A DNA stretch of 64,000 nucleotides, taken from positions 5,014-69,013 of the forward strand of contig JAIOPS010000021.1 in assembly GCA_021413775.1 (NCBI GenBank). The letters run 5' to 3'. This stretch comes from Candidatus Kaiserbacteria bacterium. GTDB lineage: Bacteria; Patescibacteriota; Minisyncoccia; Phycocordibacterales; UBA2100. Made by a program: the position numbers and the translations under genes. Each line of letters begins with the position of its first letter. The stretch's first letter is position 1. The notes below the pieces were generated by a model. That model ran no database searches. It was not told the origin of the DNA and was given only the letters and a program-made list of their open reading frames with translations. Below are positions 1 through 10,578 of the stretch, piece after piece.

Positions 1-676
1 GGACGGCAACCGTATGGGCGTTGTAATTACCCGTCGCACCGCCCCACTTCACGAGCACAGAGCTGTTTTTCAGGGCATTCGCCTGCCTTTCCAAACGGTT
101 GACGAAGACTCTCATCTCCTTCCCGAACGTCGTCGGTGATGCGCTCTGCCCGTGAGTCCGTGCCAACATCGGTGTATCCGCGTAGCTTTTTGCCATACCG
201 GCAATTCCTCCGGCTACGCTTTGAAGAGCGGGCAAGACAGCTTCTTCAACCGCAGCCCGAAGCGAGAGCGCATGTGCGACACTGTTGATGTCTTCCGATG
301 TCAGCGCAAAGTGCACGGATTCTGAGACATCGGCAAGAGAAGTGCCGGCGAGTTGTTTCTTTATAAAATACTCGATTGCCTTCACGTCGTGGTTCGTCGC
401 GGGAATACCCTCGTACCCCTCACGCTCAATCAGCTTTATCGTTCGTGCGCTCTCGATGGTTATTTCAGGCAGCGTGCGCAGTACCGCTTTTTCCGCGCCA
501 GAAAGTTCGCGGACACCCGAGCCGTCCGCTTCCGAAAGTGCGATGAGGTATTCACACTCGGCGACGAAGCGCATTCTCATAAGACCGTATTCACTGAAGT
601 ACGCTCCCAGTTCTTTCGATGCGTCGCGGTAACGGCCGTCAACGGAGCTCACTGCGGTCAATGGTTCAAGAGGCAT
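1..676 (-). CDS. purB: adenylosuccinate lyase (N-terminal part, runs off window start)
   Basis: Manual translation from ATG at 676 gives MPLEPLTAVSSVDGRYR; later HFALTSEDINS, PMLARTHGQSASPTTFGKE and GGATGN are PurB motifs; follows purC. Confidence 0.93.
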   Translation of the reverse strand, partial: MPLEPLTAVSSVDGRYRDASKELGAYFSEYGLMRMRFVAECEYLIALSEADGSGVRELSGAEKAVLRTLPEITIESARTIKLIEREGYEGIPATNHDVKAIEYFIKKQLAGTSLADVSESVHFALTSEDINSVAHALSLRAAVEEAVLPALQSVAGGIAGMAKSYADTPMLARTHGQSASPTTFGKEMRVFVNRLERQANALKNSSVLVKWGGATGNYNAHTVAV

Positions 677-1598
677 ACTGTTTCAAGTTCTTCTCTATGC
701 GCGGAATAATCGGCGTCTCTCCTTTTACAAAAGTCTCTCCCGTAATCTGTTCATACATCTGAATGTACCGCCGTGAAAGCTCATCCACAAGGTCCTGCGG
801 CGCGTCCGGAAGCGTCGCGTCTTTGTACGGGTCGCAGTTTTCCTTAAACCAGAGGCGGAGAAACTCTTTGTCGAAGTACTGCGGCTCCTCTCCTTTCGCA
901 AAACGCTCCTCGTACGAATCGAGTTGCCAGTAGCGCGATGAATCGGGAGTATGAATTTCATCTATGAGCGCGAGTTTCCCCGCGCTGTCGAGACCGAACT
1001 CGTACTTCGTATCCACAAGAATCAGGCCTCTCGATGCCGCGATTTCCTGGCCGCGGAGAAAGAGCGCCGTCGCGACTGCTTTCACGTCGGCAAAAAGTTC
1101 CGGCGTAACAAACCCTTCCGCTATCATCTCCTCAGAGCTCAAGGCTCTGTCATGTGTATCTTCTTTCGTGGTCGGGTCAAAAATCGGCTCGGGCAACTTC
1201 GAGTTTTTGCGCATACCATCGGGCAGGGTCAGACCGCCGAACGTTCTCTGACCGTTTGAGTACCGCGACCAAATAGACGTGTCGGTGACCCCGGTGAGAT
1301 AGCCCCGCATGACCGCCTCGATTGAAACCGTCCTGTATTTCCGGGCCACGGTAACATTCGGATCCGGCACGGCGACCACCTGGTTTTGAACGATGTCCTT
1401 GGTCTTTTCAAACCACCACGCACTTATCTGGTTGAGCACCTGCCCTTTCCACGGGATGTGCGCGATGATGCGGTCGAAGGAAGAATGCCGGTCCGTTGTA
1501 ACCAGCAGCAGGGTGTCGCCCAGGTCGTAAATATCACGCACCTTTCCCGTTTTTTTTGTACCAAGATTTTTAAAATCCGTTTCTTTCAAAATATCCAT
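666..1598 (-). CDS. purC: SAICAR synthetase
   Basis: GKVRDIY, TDRHSSFD, LILVDTKYEFG, DEIHTPDSSRYW, FDKEFLR; start trimmed to MDILKE. Confidence 0.95.
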   Translation of the reverse strand: MDILKETDFKNLGTKKTGKVRDIYDLGDTLLLVTTDRHSSFDRIIAHIPWKGQVLNQISAWWFEKTKDIVQNQVVAVPDPNVTVARKYRTVSIEAVMRGYLTGVTDTSIWSRYSNGQRTFGGLTLPDGMRKNSKLPEPIFDPTTKEDTHDRALSSEEMIAEGFVTPELFADVKAVATALFLRGQEIAASRGLILVDTKYEFGLDSAGKLALIDEIHTPDSSRYWQLDSYEERFAKGEEPQYFDKEFLRLWFKENCDPYKDATLPDAPQDLVDELSRRYIQMYEQITGETFVKGETPIIPRIEKNLKQYAS

Positions 1599-1605
1599 AT
1601 ACGTT

Positions 1606-2724
1606 TCATTCTCCGGGAGGCGGGAGTGTAATGCTTTCGGGCTCGAAGACGACCTGTCGCTCGCCCTCTTCCACCTGCCCCACTTCAAGCAGGTCGTATC
1701 CCGCCGCACGGCCGAGCTCAAGAGTCTTGGTCACTTCGCTTCTCGGCAGAAATATATAGTATCCCACTCCCCAGTTGAACGTCTTCAGACAATCCTCGAG
1801 CGACACACCGATTGAGCGCATAAATTGCATAAGCGGAGGCACGTTCGTCCACGTGTGAATGCGGTATGTTGCGGGGCGATTATCGAATGCAATTTTCGAA
1901 ACACCGCTCCCGGTGCCGGGCAGAAGTGCATGAATGCCGACGCCGTTATCCAGCAGTGTCTCAACGAGATTCACGTAGGAGCGGGTCGGAATGAGCGTCT
2001 CTGCTCCGAGCGTAGTGCCACCCGGCAACTTCGTCATAAACTTTTCCGGCAACTCAAGCGCTTTCTTGATGACGAGTGAGATACCGTTGGCGTGTACGCC
2101 CGAGGACGCAACTCCGATAATGGCATCGCCGATTGCGAGATTCTTCCCGGTGATAAGACGTGATGTCGGTGCAATGATGGCCGTAACACAGCCGGACAGA
2201 GACGGCGCACTTTTGACCGGCGGCTCCGCTTTCACGAGATATTTCAATGCGGGTGATTCCCCCGCTGGTAGCGCCATGCCCGCCTCTTTGCAGACCTGCA
2301 GAAATCCGCGGGCGAGGTCCTCGGCTCGTTTCTCATCCGCAAACCACTCTGAATCCCCAGCTGCAACCTCGTCGGTATACACGACAGGCATCGCACCCTG
2401 CGCTATGACATCATTCACCGCCATGAGCGCGGCATCAATCGCGATTGCGTCGTAGTACGTCTTGCCCTCGCCCGAGAACTGGTACATCCATTCGGCTATC
2501 CAGTTCTTATTTCCGAGTCCCTCCTGCGTGTTGCACCACATATGCTTCTCGGTGCCGCGGTATTCGAAAACTCCGCCGTGTGCATGCAGAACATCGCTGT
2601 TGATGAACACGTCGCGTTTATTCGGGAACGTTATCGTCTGCCTTCCCGCCGCAATCATCGCGTGCTTGAAGGGTTCGATTTTCGTGTAATCTACTCCCGC
2701 TTGTGCGTACGCGCTTTTTTTCAT
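1606..2724 (-). CDS. purM: phosphoribosylformylglycinamidine cyclo-ligase (AIR synthetase)
   Basis: YAQAGVD N-terminus, AMAVND-like motif, [16 protein letters not shown]; pur operon context. Confidence 0.9.
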   Translation of the reverse strand: MKKSAYAQAGVDYTKIEPFKHAMIAAGRQTITFPNKRDVFINSDVLHAHGGVFEYRGTEKHMWCNTQEGLGNKNWIAEWMYQFSGEGKTYYDAIAIDAALMAVNDVIAQGAMPVVYTDEVAAGDSEWFADEKRAEDLARGFLQVCKEAGMALPAGESPALKYLVKAEPPVKSAPSLSGCVTAIIAPTSRLITGKNLAIGDAIIGVASSGVHANGISLVIKKALELPEKFMTKLPGGTTLGAETLIPTRSYVNLVETLLDNGVGIHALLPGTGSGVSKIAFDNRPATYRIHTWTNVPPLMQFMRSIGVSLEDCLKTFNWGVGYYIFLPRSEVTKTLELGRAAGYDLLEVGQVEEGERQVVFEPESITLPPPGE

Positions 2725-3248
2725 ATGAGGTCGCTTTCCTCCAGATATTTTTTAAAGCCCTGCTCCTCCAATTTTTCCGCCTTCTTCAGTACCTCGTCGC
2801 GTATGGAATCTTTGTACGTACGGACTCTCTCCCCGACTGCGTCATCAAACGCGCCGATTATCTCCGCAGCAAGAATGCCGGCGTTCTTCGCACCATTGAT
2901 GGCCACCGTAGCCACAGGTACGCCCGGCGGCATCTGCACAATCGAGAGCAGTGAATCCATACCCTTGAGTGCTTTCGACTGAACAGGAACACCGATAACC
3001 GGGAGCGATGTCTGTGCGGCGACCATGCCGGGTAAATGCGCTGCGCCTCCTGCTCCCGCAATAATGACTTTGAGTCCTCGGCCGTGCGCCTCTTTTGCGT
3101 ACTCGACGAGCCTCTCGGGCGTGCGATGCGCGGAAACTATCGTCACTTCATTCGTGACACCGAGGTCATTCAGAATCGCCGCAGCATCCTGCATGACCGG
3201 CAAATCAGAATCCGAGCCCATGATGATACCTACGAGAGAAGTACTCAT
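2721..3248 (-). CDS. purE: N5-CAIR mutase
   Basis: [38 protein letters not shown]. Confidence 0.97.
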   Translation of the reverse strand: MSTSLVGIIMGSDSDLPVMQDAAAILNDLGVTNEVTIVSAHRTPERLVEYAKEAHGRGLKVIIAGAGGAAHLPGMVAAQTSLPVIGVPVQSKALKGMDSLLSIVQMPPGVPVATVAINGAKNAGILAAEIIGAFDDAVGERVRTYKDSIRDEVLKKAEKLEEQGFKKYLEESDLI

Positions 3249-3613
3249 ATAAAGTAACGCGTATCGTCATTCCTATCTATGAGGTCGTGTGCCTTTCTCA
3301 TTTCGTCGGGCGTGTAAATATATATAATTTCAAACTTGCCCGATGTTGTCCGATCGCTGTTGTGCACCACTTCAACCACATGTATCAGACCCCAATAAAT
3401 CCATTTTCCGTTCTTATTCTCGACCAGGAAATTCCGTACCGGCGGCGATTGGTAAACACGTATGTTCGGCTTGTTTGTAAACTCGAATACCCTTCCTGTA
3501 AAACTTTCTGCAGCATAGGGATTCAGGAGATGGCTCTCGATGTCCAACTCAGAAGGAAAACCCTGCTCTTTGGTTATTTGCAACGTATCGTTGATTTCTA
3601 TGAGACTTCCCAT
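3245..3613 (-). CDS. hypothetical protein embedded in pur operon
   Basis: 122-aa ORF abutting purK and overlapping the purE start; more AT-rich than neighbours; no motif recognised. Confidence 0.7.
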   Translation of the reverse strand: MGSLIEINDTLQITKEQGFPSELDIESHLLNPYAAESFTGRVFEFTNKPNIRVYQSPPVRNFLVENKNGKWIYWGLIHVVEVVHNSDRTTSGKFEIIYIYTPDEMRKAHDLIDRNDDTRYFI

Positions 3614-3614
3614 A

Positions 3615-4715
3615 TCAGATAGTTATTATGTCTCTCGCTTTTAGAGCACTTCCTTTTGCCTGATCGAGCGTGTCGGCCACAGCTGTAATGTGCCCCATCT
3701 TTCGCTGTTTCCGAGTCTCCATCTTACCGTATATGTGAACTTTTACACCCGGTATTTTTTCCGCTTCCTCCACACCTTTCGGTTCGGCGGGTCCGTTACG
3801 TTCTCCGAGAATATTTATCATGACGGCGGCCGGCGCTGCCATCGCGGTATCGCCCAGAGGCATCCCTGTAATCGCACGGATATGCTGTTCAAATTGCGAT
3901 GTCACAGCCCCCTCAATCGTCCAATGGCCGGAATTGTGCACGCGCGGCGCAACCTCGTTGACTACGACCTCATCGCCCGACAAAAACATCTCTATCGCAA
4001 ATACCCCCGCTCCTTCAAATGAAGCGAGTACGGAGTGCGCCAGATGCTCGGCTTTATCCGCAATTTTTTTGTCGACTTGTGCGGGGGCGATGACGGTATC
4101 GCAGATATGGTCCTTGTGGATAGTCTCGACGACCGGATAGAGGCGAATTTCTCCCGAAGCCGTGCGTGCGGCAACGACTGCGAGCTCCTTATCGAATCTG
4201 ACGAAGCCCTCCGCATACGCCGGGACGTTTCCGATTTTTCCGAGTGCCTCCGCAAGAGCAGAAACGTCGGCAACCGTCGCATTGCCGCGACCGTCAAAAC
4301 CTCCCGAGCGAGCCTTGAGAACGTACGGGTATCCGAGGCTTTCCGCGTCCTGCGGTTCGCAAAACGGTGCGACCGCAATACCGTGTTCTTTGAGAAATTC
4401 CTTCTGGCGCAACTTATCTTTGATGATTGCGAGCGTGCGGGGTGTCGGATGGACAGGAAAACCTTCCACCGCCAGCTGCTGGAGCGCCTCGGCATTCACC
4501 GATTCTATTTCGTAGGTCAACACATCGGATTTCCCGGCAAGCGCGCGTATCATCGTCGCGTCCTTGTAGTCTCCTTCTATCTGTTCGTCCGAAACCTGAC
4601 CTGCCGGCCCGCGCGATTCAGGGTCGAGGGTGACGACTCTCAGACCGAGGCGATGCGCAGCATCCGCAAGCATCCGTCCGAGTTGTCCGCCGCCGGCGAT
4701 GCCCACTGTTTTCAT
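3615..4715 (-). CDS. purK: N5-CAIR synthetase (ATP-grasp)
   Basis: GGGQLGRM, GGFDGRGN, NEVAPRVHNSGHWT, RKMGHIT. Confidence 0.96.
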   Translation of the reverse strand: MKTVGIAGGGQLGRMLADAAHRLGLRVVTLDPESRGPAGQVSDEQIEGDYKDATMIRALAGKSDVLTYEIESVNAEALQQLAVEGFPVHPTPRTLAIIKDKLRQKEFLKEHGIAVAPFCEPQDAESLGYPYVLKARSGGFDGRGNATVADVSALAEALGKIGNVPAYAEGFVRFDKELAVVAARTASGEIRLYPVVETIHKDHICDTVIAPAQVDKKIADKAEHLAHSVLASFEGAGVFAIEMFLSGDEVVVNEVAPRVHNSGHWTIEGAVTSQFEQHIRAITGMPLGDTAMAAPAAVMINILGERNGPAEPKGVEEAEKIPGVKVHIYGKMETRKQRKMGHITAVADTLDQAKGSALKARDIITI

Positions 4716-5242
4716 AGACGCGAAAGTATAAAATCCGCCCTCTCCGGTACCGGGAGAACCGGCACGGAAATAATGTCGTAGCCGAGTTCTGTATAGGCTG
4801 TGCGAATCGCCTCATGTATCTCCCGTGCCTGTTCGGGTGTCTCTGTCCGTGCTTCGTCCGCCTGAAAGTCGACGAGGTCGAGCAAGAAGACCGCCCGGTA
4901 CTTCGACGCATTGAGCATCTCTGTAAAGGCTTGGCGGATGGGTTCGTTATTCAGACGGAAGTAGGCGACAGAGTCCGGCACGCCGCGGTCGAAGAAAAAT
5001 GTCTCTTCAGGCGGCACTGCGCGTTCCATATTGTATTTGCGCTCCGCTATCCGGAAGAGCCAATCGTCGGTCGCACGAATCTGTTCGATAGTGAGACCCA
5101 GGGCCAGCTCCTCCTCGAAAAAGAGCCTCGCGGCCTCCGGAAGAATATTGTGCCCTCGCTTCTCCAATTCGTTCACAAGCGTTGTTTTACCCGCGCACGG
5201 ACCGCCCGTGAGTACGTACCAGGGCGGAGTTATTGCGTTCAT
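4712..5242 (-). CDS. AAA_28/NadR-like P-loop nucleotide kinase family protein
   Basis: LTGGPCAGKTT Walker A, EAAR, FFDRGVPD; 4-bp overlaps with purQ and purK. Confidence 0.8.
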   Translation of the reverse strand: MNAITPPWYVLTGGPCAGKTTLVNELEKRGHNILPEAARLFFEEELALGLTIEQIRATDDWLFRIAERKYNMERAVPPEETFFFDRGVPDSVAYFRLNNEPIRQAFTEMLNASKYRAVFLLDLVDFQADEARTETPEQAREIHEAIRTAYTELGYDIISVPVLPVPERADFILSRL

Positions 5243-6006
5243 GAGAAGTACTCTACCGCATTTTTAAACATCGTAAGACCGGGACCATCTTTCGGTACAT
5301 CGGCACCGTCGCGCACGTACTCCTCGCGCAAGTACGTCCAATGCGGAAGTTCAGTGAAGCGTACTGCGCGCTCGGGATGCGGCATGAGCCCCAGGCAACG
5401 GCCGCCGTATCCGGTGATGCCTGCGATGTTCTCCATCGAACCGTTCGGATTCGCCGGTTGATTAAAATACTTCGCCGTCTCCCCCTCCACGTACCTGAGC
5501 GCAACGCCGTTCTGTGCTTTCAGTTCTGTGAAAACCTTCTCCGGCGCATAGTATTTGCCCTCTCCGTGCGCAATCGGCACGGACATCTCTGTTATTCCGC
5601 GAAGCCACGGGCTGTCATTTTGCACCTCGACGTCAACCCAGCGGCAGGTGTACCGGGCGTTGTCGTTGGCGATGAGCGCACCGGGCAAAATACCTGCGCT
5701 CGTGATGATTTGAAATCCGTTGCATACGCCGAGCATCAGCGTATCGCGGGAGAGGAACTTTTCGAGATGTTCTCCGAGATGCTGTGTGACGCGGTTGCCG
5801 TACGCTTTACCTGAGCCGGTGTCATCACCGTATGAAAATCCCCCCGGAAAAACAACGATGTGCGCCTGCGTCAGTATTTTCGGTCGCGCAATAACATCAT
5901 TGATGTGCACGACATCAGCGGTGCCTCCCGCTTTTTCAAATGCCGACTTTGTTTCGTCTTCCGTATTGAGTCCGTATCCGGAGAATATGAGTGCGTGCGG
6001 TTTCAT
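5239..6006 (-). CDS. purQ: FGAM synthase glutaminase subunit
   Basis: PGGFSYGD, LGVCNGFQ, PIAHGEG, MPHPER; ATGA overlap with purL. Confidence 0.95.
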   Translation of the reverse strand: MKPHALIFSGYGLNTEDETKSAFEKAGGTADVVHINDVIARPKILTQAHIVVFPGGFSYGDDTGSGKAYGNRVTQHLGEHLEKFLSRDTLMLGVCNGFQIITSAGILPGALIANDNARYTCRWVDVEVQNDSPWLRGITEMSVPIAHGEGKYYAPEKVFTELKAQNGVALRYVEGETAKYFNQPANPNGSMENIAGITGYGGRCLGLMPHPERAVRFTELPHWTYLREEYVRDGADVPKDGPGLTMFKNAVEYFS

Positions 6007-8948
6007 ACTTGCCAATTCTTAAATGTTGAACGATGGCTCTCCGTAAGCCGCGCGACCGGCTCGTCTATGCGCTCTCCGGGTACATCCACGCGCAGAGTCC
6101 CCGTGTCCGTAACGTCGCCGATGCAGGTAAAGGAAAGTCCCTTGAACAATCGCTCGAACTTCTGCTCTTCGCCGGGGCGCACCGTGGCAAGCACTCGCCC
6201 CTGGCTTTCGGAAAAAAGAATGCTGTCGGCGGACTTTGCCTTGCCCGGAATCTTGCGGAGGTTCACGCGTGCGCCAAGCTGTCCGCCGATGGCGGACTTG
6301 GCGAGCGCTGCGGCCACGCCTCCTCGTCCCACCGGTGTTACGGAAGCAGGGTGCCCTGCCCGTATCGCGCGCGCGAGTGCCGTGTAGAGTCGTGCATTCT
6401 TTTTCGCGTGGACCTGCGGCACTGCACGACCGACGCCGGAGAGCAGCGAGAAGTATTCCGAGGCACCGAGCTCGTCGTCGGTGTCCCCCAGAAGGTAGAT
6501 GCGGTCACCCGGCATTTTAAAATCAACGGTCTGCGCGACCGAAGCATCATCCACGACTCCTATCGCGGAAATAAGCAACGTCGGCGGTGCCGCGATGTGA
6601 ATCGCCTCTCCTTTCGCGGTGTAGCCGCGGAAGTCGTTGAACATACTGTCTTTACCGGATATGTACGGCGTCCCGTATGCGACAGCCGTATCGTAGACGG
6701 CTTCAGCGGCTCTTTTCAATTCATACAATCGCTCCGGGGTGTTGGAGCTCGACCAGCAGAAGTTGTCGAGAATCGCCAGATACTCGAGCGAGGCTCCCGC
6801 GCACACCGCATTACGGACGGCGGTATCGATAGAGCACGCCGCCATGGCATACGTATCAACATCCGAGTACCAGGGCGCGAACCCGTGCGAGAGCACGACG
6901 CCTTTCTGCGAGCCGTGCACCGGCTGTATCACGCCCGCATCGACTCCCACGCGGCCCCGTCCCTGAAGCGGCTTTGTTACGGATGAACCCTGCACTTCGT
7001 GGTCGTACTGGGAGGAGATGAACGAGGTGGAGGCGATGTTCGGGCGCGCCAGGAGCTCATGAAGTACAGCACCGAGAGGTTTCGAGCGCGATGCTTTCGT
7101 GGGCTCCGTGTGACTTCTGACGGGCTTTCTGCTCTTCTGCACGCCGACAGGACGGCCGTCATGCAGGAAGTCCATATCGATATCCATTATTTTCCTGCCC
7201 TTGTATCTCACGACGCAGCGGTCGGAATCGGTGAACGTACCGATGACAGTCGCCTCGACATCGTGCCGGTCGAATATCTTTTTCAAGGTTTTCCAATTCT
7301 TTTTCGGAACCGCGAGCGTCATGCGCTCCTGCGATTCGGAAATCCAAATCTGCCACGGCGAAAGCCCGGGATATTTCAAGGGAACCTTCTCGATATCCAC
7401 AATGCAGCCGCCGCACTCCTTTGCCATTTCCGCTACCGAGCATGAGATACCGCCTGCGCCATTGTCGGTGATGCTCGAGTACAGGCCGGAATCCCGGGCT
7501 TCACGAACGATTGCATCCGACATCTTCTTTTGCGTAATGGGGTCTCCGATTTGCACGGCAGTCGCGGGAGAACCCGAGGAAAGCGACTCCGACGAGAACG
7601 TTGCACCGTGGATACCGTCGAGCCCGACCCGGCCTCCTGCCATAACCACATAGTCCCCCGCCTGTGCTTTTTTTGTGTAAAGTTTTCTGCCTTTGAGCGC
7701 ACGCGGAATGAGTCCGACCGTACCCGCGAAGACGAGCGGCTTGCCGCGGTAGCGCGAATCCACTGCAACGAAGCCGAGCGGCGTCGGAATACCGCTCTGA
7801 TTGCCGCCGTGATTGATACCCTTTACGACTCCCTCAAGAATGCGACGGGACGGCAGGAGCGGTTGCTGCTTTTGTTTATCACGATAGAGCTTCGTGGTGT
7901 CCACCGGATCCGCGACACAGAATCCGTACACGTTTGCAATCGGCTTTGCGCCCATTCCGAATCCGAGACAGTCGCGGTTCACGCCGACAATCCCGGTAAT
8001 TGCGCCTCCGAACGGGTCGAGCGCCGACGGAGAATTGTGTGTCTCCACCTTGTGCGTCACGAGGTACTGCTCATCGAACGCGATGCCGCCGGAATTGTCT
8101 TTGAAAACGGAGACACAGAAGTCCTTCTTTCCCTTTTGCTTGCGGATCTTTTCGGTAGCTCCTTTTATGTATTTGCGGTAAATGCCCTCACGCACCTCGT
8201 CGAGCGGGTCGGCAAAAATCGTATGCTTGCAGTGTTCGGACCACGTCTGGGCGAGAGATTCAATTTCGATGTCACGCGGATTTCTCCCCAACCCGCGGAA
8301 GTATTTCTGGATAACTTTCATGGATTCCAGCGAGAGTGCGAGCGGACCACGACGCGTCCCGTCTTTGTCCGCGATGCCGGACTTCCCGATAGCCGTCAAA
8401 GCCTCATCCGAAATGTCGAGGTTTACTTCGTCGGCCCGCTGCTCCTCGTGGAGTCGTACTTTCGGCACGGTGACGGGGATTCCTGTGCGCGCCGGAACCA
8501 CCGTCGCTCGCTCTATGAGCGGATTAAACAACTCCTGTGACATCGCCTCCGCCTCCTTCTGCGAAAGCGCGCCGCTGAAAAAAAGTACGAGCGAGCTGTA
8601 TACCGCCTCACCCTCCTTGAACACATAGCCCGTCGCATCTTCTATGGTTTCTTGCGCAGTCCGTCCTACGTTGTCGGTCACTCCGGGAAGAAATCCGATT
8701 TCAACAGTAAAGGCGGCGCCCGGTGGCACCGGTATTGTGCCGAGAGCGTACGCTTCAGTCGTCGGATTCGTGAAATGCTTTGCGGCTGTTTTCAAATTCG
8801 CCGCGCTGAGTTTTGCGTCCACGGTATACGCGGCGGCGATATGAACGCCGGTGAGTTTCGTTTTCGGGAAGAGGCCCGTGAGTGTCCGGAGAAAGCCTTT
8901 CGCGCGCGCGTCATCGACGGTTGAGAAGACGGTTATGCGCTCTGCCAT
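6003..8948 (-). CDS. purL: FGAM synthase PurL with N-terminal PurS-like extension
   Basis: QTWSEHCKH, VETHNSPS, DGIHGATFSS, SESQERM, ISGKDSM; N-terminal FLPGVTDNVG region resembles PurS. Confidence 0.95.
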   Translation of the reverse strand: MAERITVFSTVDDARAKGFLRTLTGLFPKTKLTGVHIAAAYTVDAKLSAANLKTAAKHFTNPTTEAYALGTIPVPPGAAFTVEIGFLPGVTDNVGRTAQETIEDATGYVFKEGEAVYSSLVLFFSGALSQKEAEAMSQELFNPLIERATVVPARTGIPVTVPKVRLHEEQRADEVNLDISDEALTAIGKSGIADKDGTRRGPLALSLESMKVIQKYFRGLGRNPRDIEIESLAQTWSEHCKHTIFADPLDEVREGIYRKYIKGATEKIRKQKGKKDFCVSVFKDNSGGIAFDEQYLVTHKVETHNSPSALDPFGGAITGIVGVNRDCLGFGMGAKPIANVYGFCVADPVDTTKLYRDKQKQQPLLPSRRILEGVVKGINHGGNQSGIPTPLGFVAVDSRYRGKPLVFAGTVGLIPRALKGRKLYTKKAQAGDYVVMAGGRVGLDGIHGATFSSESLSSGSPATAVQIGDPITQKKMSDAIVREARDSGLYSSITDNGAGGISCSVAEMAKECGGCIVDIEKVPLKYPGLSPWQIWISESQERMTLAVPKKNWKTLKKIFDRHDVEATVIGTFTDSDRCVVRYKGRKIMDIDMDFLHDGRPVGVQKSRKPVRSHTEPTKASRSKPLGAVLHELLARPNIASTSFISSQYDHEVQGSSVTKPLQGRGRVGVDAGVIQPVHGSQKGVVLSHGFAPWYSDVDTYAMAACSIDTAVRNAVCAGASLEYLAILDNFCWSSSNTPERLYELKRAAEAVYDTAVAYGTPYISGKDSMFNDFRGYTAKGEAIHIAAPPTLLISAIGVVDDASVAQTVDFKMPGDRIYLLGDTDDELGASEYFSLLSGVGRAVPQVHAKKNARLYTALARAIRAGHPASVTPVGRGGVAAALAKSAIGGQLGARVNLRKIPGKAKSADSILFSESQGRVLATVRPGEEQKFERLFKGLSFTCIGDVTDTGTLRVDVPGERIDEPVARLTESHRSTFKNWQV

Positions 8949-9001
8949 GCGGGCATCATACCGCAGTCGCTAAATCAGCCAACTGTGGGTATATTTGCCC
9001 C

Positions 9002-10003
9002 ATGAAGAAAAAGGAGGGTTTGATACTCGGAGCATTACTTACGAAGCTCGCGCCCCGTCTCAAGGCAAAAGTACTCGTCGAGCCCGAATGGGGCGTCGTC
9101 GGGCAAATCACCTATGCGAACGGGAAGCGAAGGTATTTCCGATACAACACACTCGACCTCAATCCGGTCGGCGCGAGCGATGTCGCGAAGGATAAAGACT
9201 ACGCAGCATTTTTTATGCGGAAGCTCGGATACCCGGTCATCGAGGGGAAGACATTCTTTTCGCGGGAGTGGGCGAAAACAATCGGCTCGAAGCGGACCAT
9301 CGATGCGGGATTCGCGTACGCACAGACACTGGGATTCCCTGTTATCGTAAAACCCAACAGTGGAAGTCAGGGCACGGGAGTCGCGCTCGTGCACACAAAA
9401 AAAGACTTTTACTCCGCAGTGCGCAGAATACTCAGGAACGATAAGGTGGTGTTGGTTCAAAGACGCGTGGCCGGAAAAGACTACCGCATCGTTGTCCTCG
9501 ATGAGAAAGTAATCTCCGCATATGAGCGCACCCCACTTCAGATAACCGGCGACGGGCGTGCAACCATCTCGCAACTGCTCAGGAAAAAAGCCCGGGAATT
9601 CATCGCCGCAAGCCGCGACACGCAGCTTAAGCCGGATGATTCCCGCATCGCGGCCAAATTGAAGCGTCAAAAGCTGACCATGAAATCCGTTCCCGCAAAG
9701 GGCGAGAGCATCTACTTGCTCGATAATGCAAATCTTTCCACCGGCGGTGACTCACTCGATGTCACGGATAGTGTGCACCCCGGTTTCAAAAAACTCGCCG
9801 TTGCCCTTACGAAGGACATGGGACTGCGTCTGTGCGGCGTGGACATCATGACCGAGGGTGACATCACAAAGCCTCCCGTCAAGTGGCATATTCTGGAAAT
9901 TAACGCCGCTCCCGGCCTCGACCACTACGCACGGAGCGGCAAAGCGCAGGAGAAAATCGTCGAAGACCTGTACCTCAAAGTCCTCACGAGCCTCTCACGC
10001 TAG
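9002..10003 (+). CDS. ATP-grasp ligase resembling the cyanophycin synthetase/GshAB ATP-grasp domain
   Basis: KDK, FPVIVKPNSGSQGTGV, DYRIVV, GDGRATI, ANLSTGGD, LCGVDI, LEINAAPG; -10 TATATT 6 nt before ATG. Confidence 0.8.
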   Translation: MKKKEGLILGALLTKLAPRLKAKVLVEPEWGVVGQITYANGKRRYFRYNTLDLNPVGASDVAKDKDYAAFFMRKLGYPVIEGKTFFSREWAKTIGSKRTIDAGFAYAQTLGFPVIVKPNSGSQGTGVALVHTKKDFYSAVRRILRNDKVVLVQRRVAGKDYRIVVLDEKVISAYERTPLQITGDGRATISQLLRKKAREFIAASRDTQLKPDDSRIAAKLKRQKLTMKSVPAKGESIYLLDNANLSTGGDSLDVTDSVHPGFKKLAVALTKDMGLRLCGVDIMTEGDITKPPVKWHILEINAAPGLDHYARSGKAQEKIVEDLYLKVLTSLSR

Positions 10004-10500
10004 CGTTCCAGGTCAATCCAATGATACGTGATGCCGTTCCAATCGCGCTGCTCGTCGGCGAGTACCCTCGTGAATTCAGTTTCGTATGCGGGAAAGTATG
10101 TGTCCCCCTCCGCCGTCGCATCAATACGCGTGAGACACAGGCGCGTAGTATACGGAAGCGCCGCTTCATAAATCTGCGCTCCGCCGCCGATTGATATCCA
10201 TTCAGAATCAATGACCTTTGCTTTCTCCAGGGCCTCTTCGACGGAAGCCGCCGTGATGACACCGTCGTACGACCACGAAGTATCACGCGTGACGACAATG
10301 TTCGTCCTTCCGGGGAGCGGCTTCCCCAGGTAGCCGACAATGGATTCGAATGTTTTCCTGCCGAGGATAATGGGGTGTCCGGCGGTTACATCCCGGAAAC
10401 GCTTAAGGTCATCAGGAATATGCCACAGAAGCTTGTTCTCCTTACCGAGAACTCTATCTCTGCCGATTGCGGCTATGGCTGCGACGACGGGAGAACTCAT
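10000..10500 (-). CDS. folA: dihydrofolate reductase
   Basis: LGKENKLLWHIPDDLKRF, ILGRKTFESI, PLPGRTNIVVT, IGGGAQIY, GDTYFP. Confidence 0.95.
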   Translation of the reverse strand: MSSPVVAAIAAIGRDRVLGKENKLLWHIPDDLKRFRDVTAGHPIILGRKTFESIVGYLGKPLPGRTNIVVTRDTSWSYDGVITAASVEEALEKAKVIDSEWISIGGGAQIYEAALPYTTRLCLTRIDATAEGDTYFPAYETEFTRVLADEQRDWNGITYHWIDLER

Positions 10501-10578
10501 CCGAAAACAATACCACAACCCATTTCCCACTAGCCTGCAATCGCGACGCTGAAAGGCGTCGGGATATAATGCCCGAAC

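Noticed and set aside
6033-8628. Long plus-strand ORFs opposite purL (and similar ones at 44901-46130, 47230-48285, 28217-29110)
   Set aside because: These are antisense shadows of well-supported genes in GC-rich DNA and carry no protein motifs.
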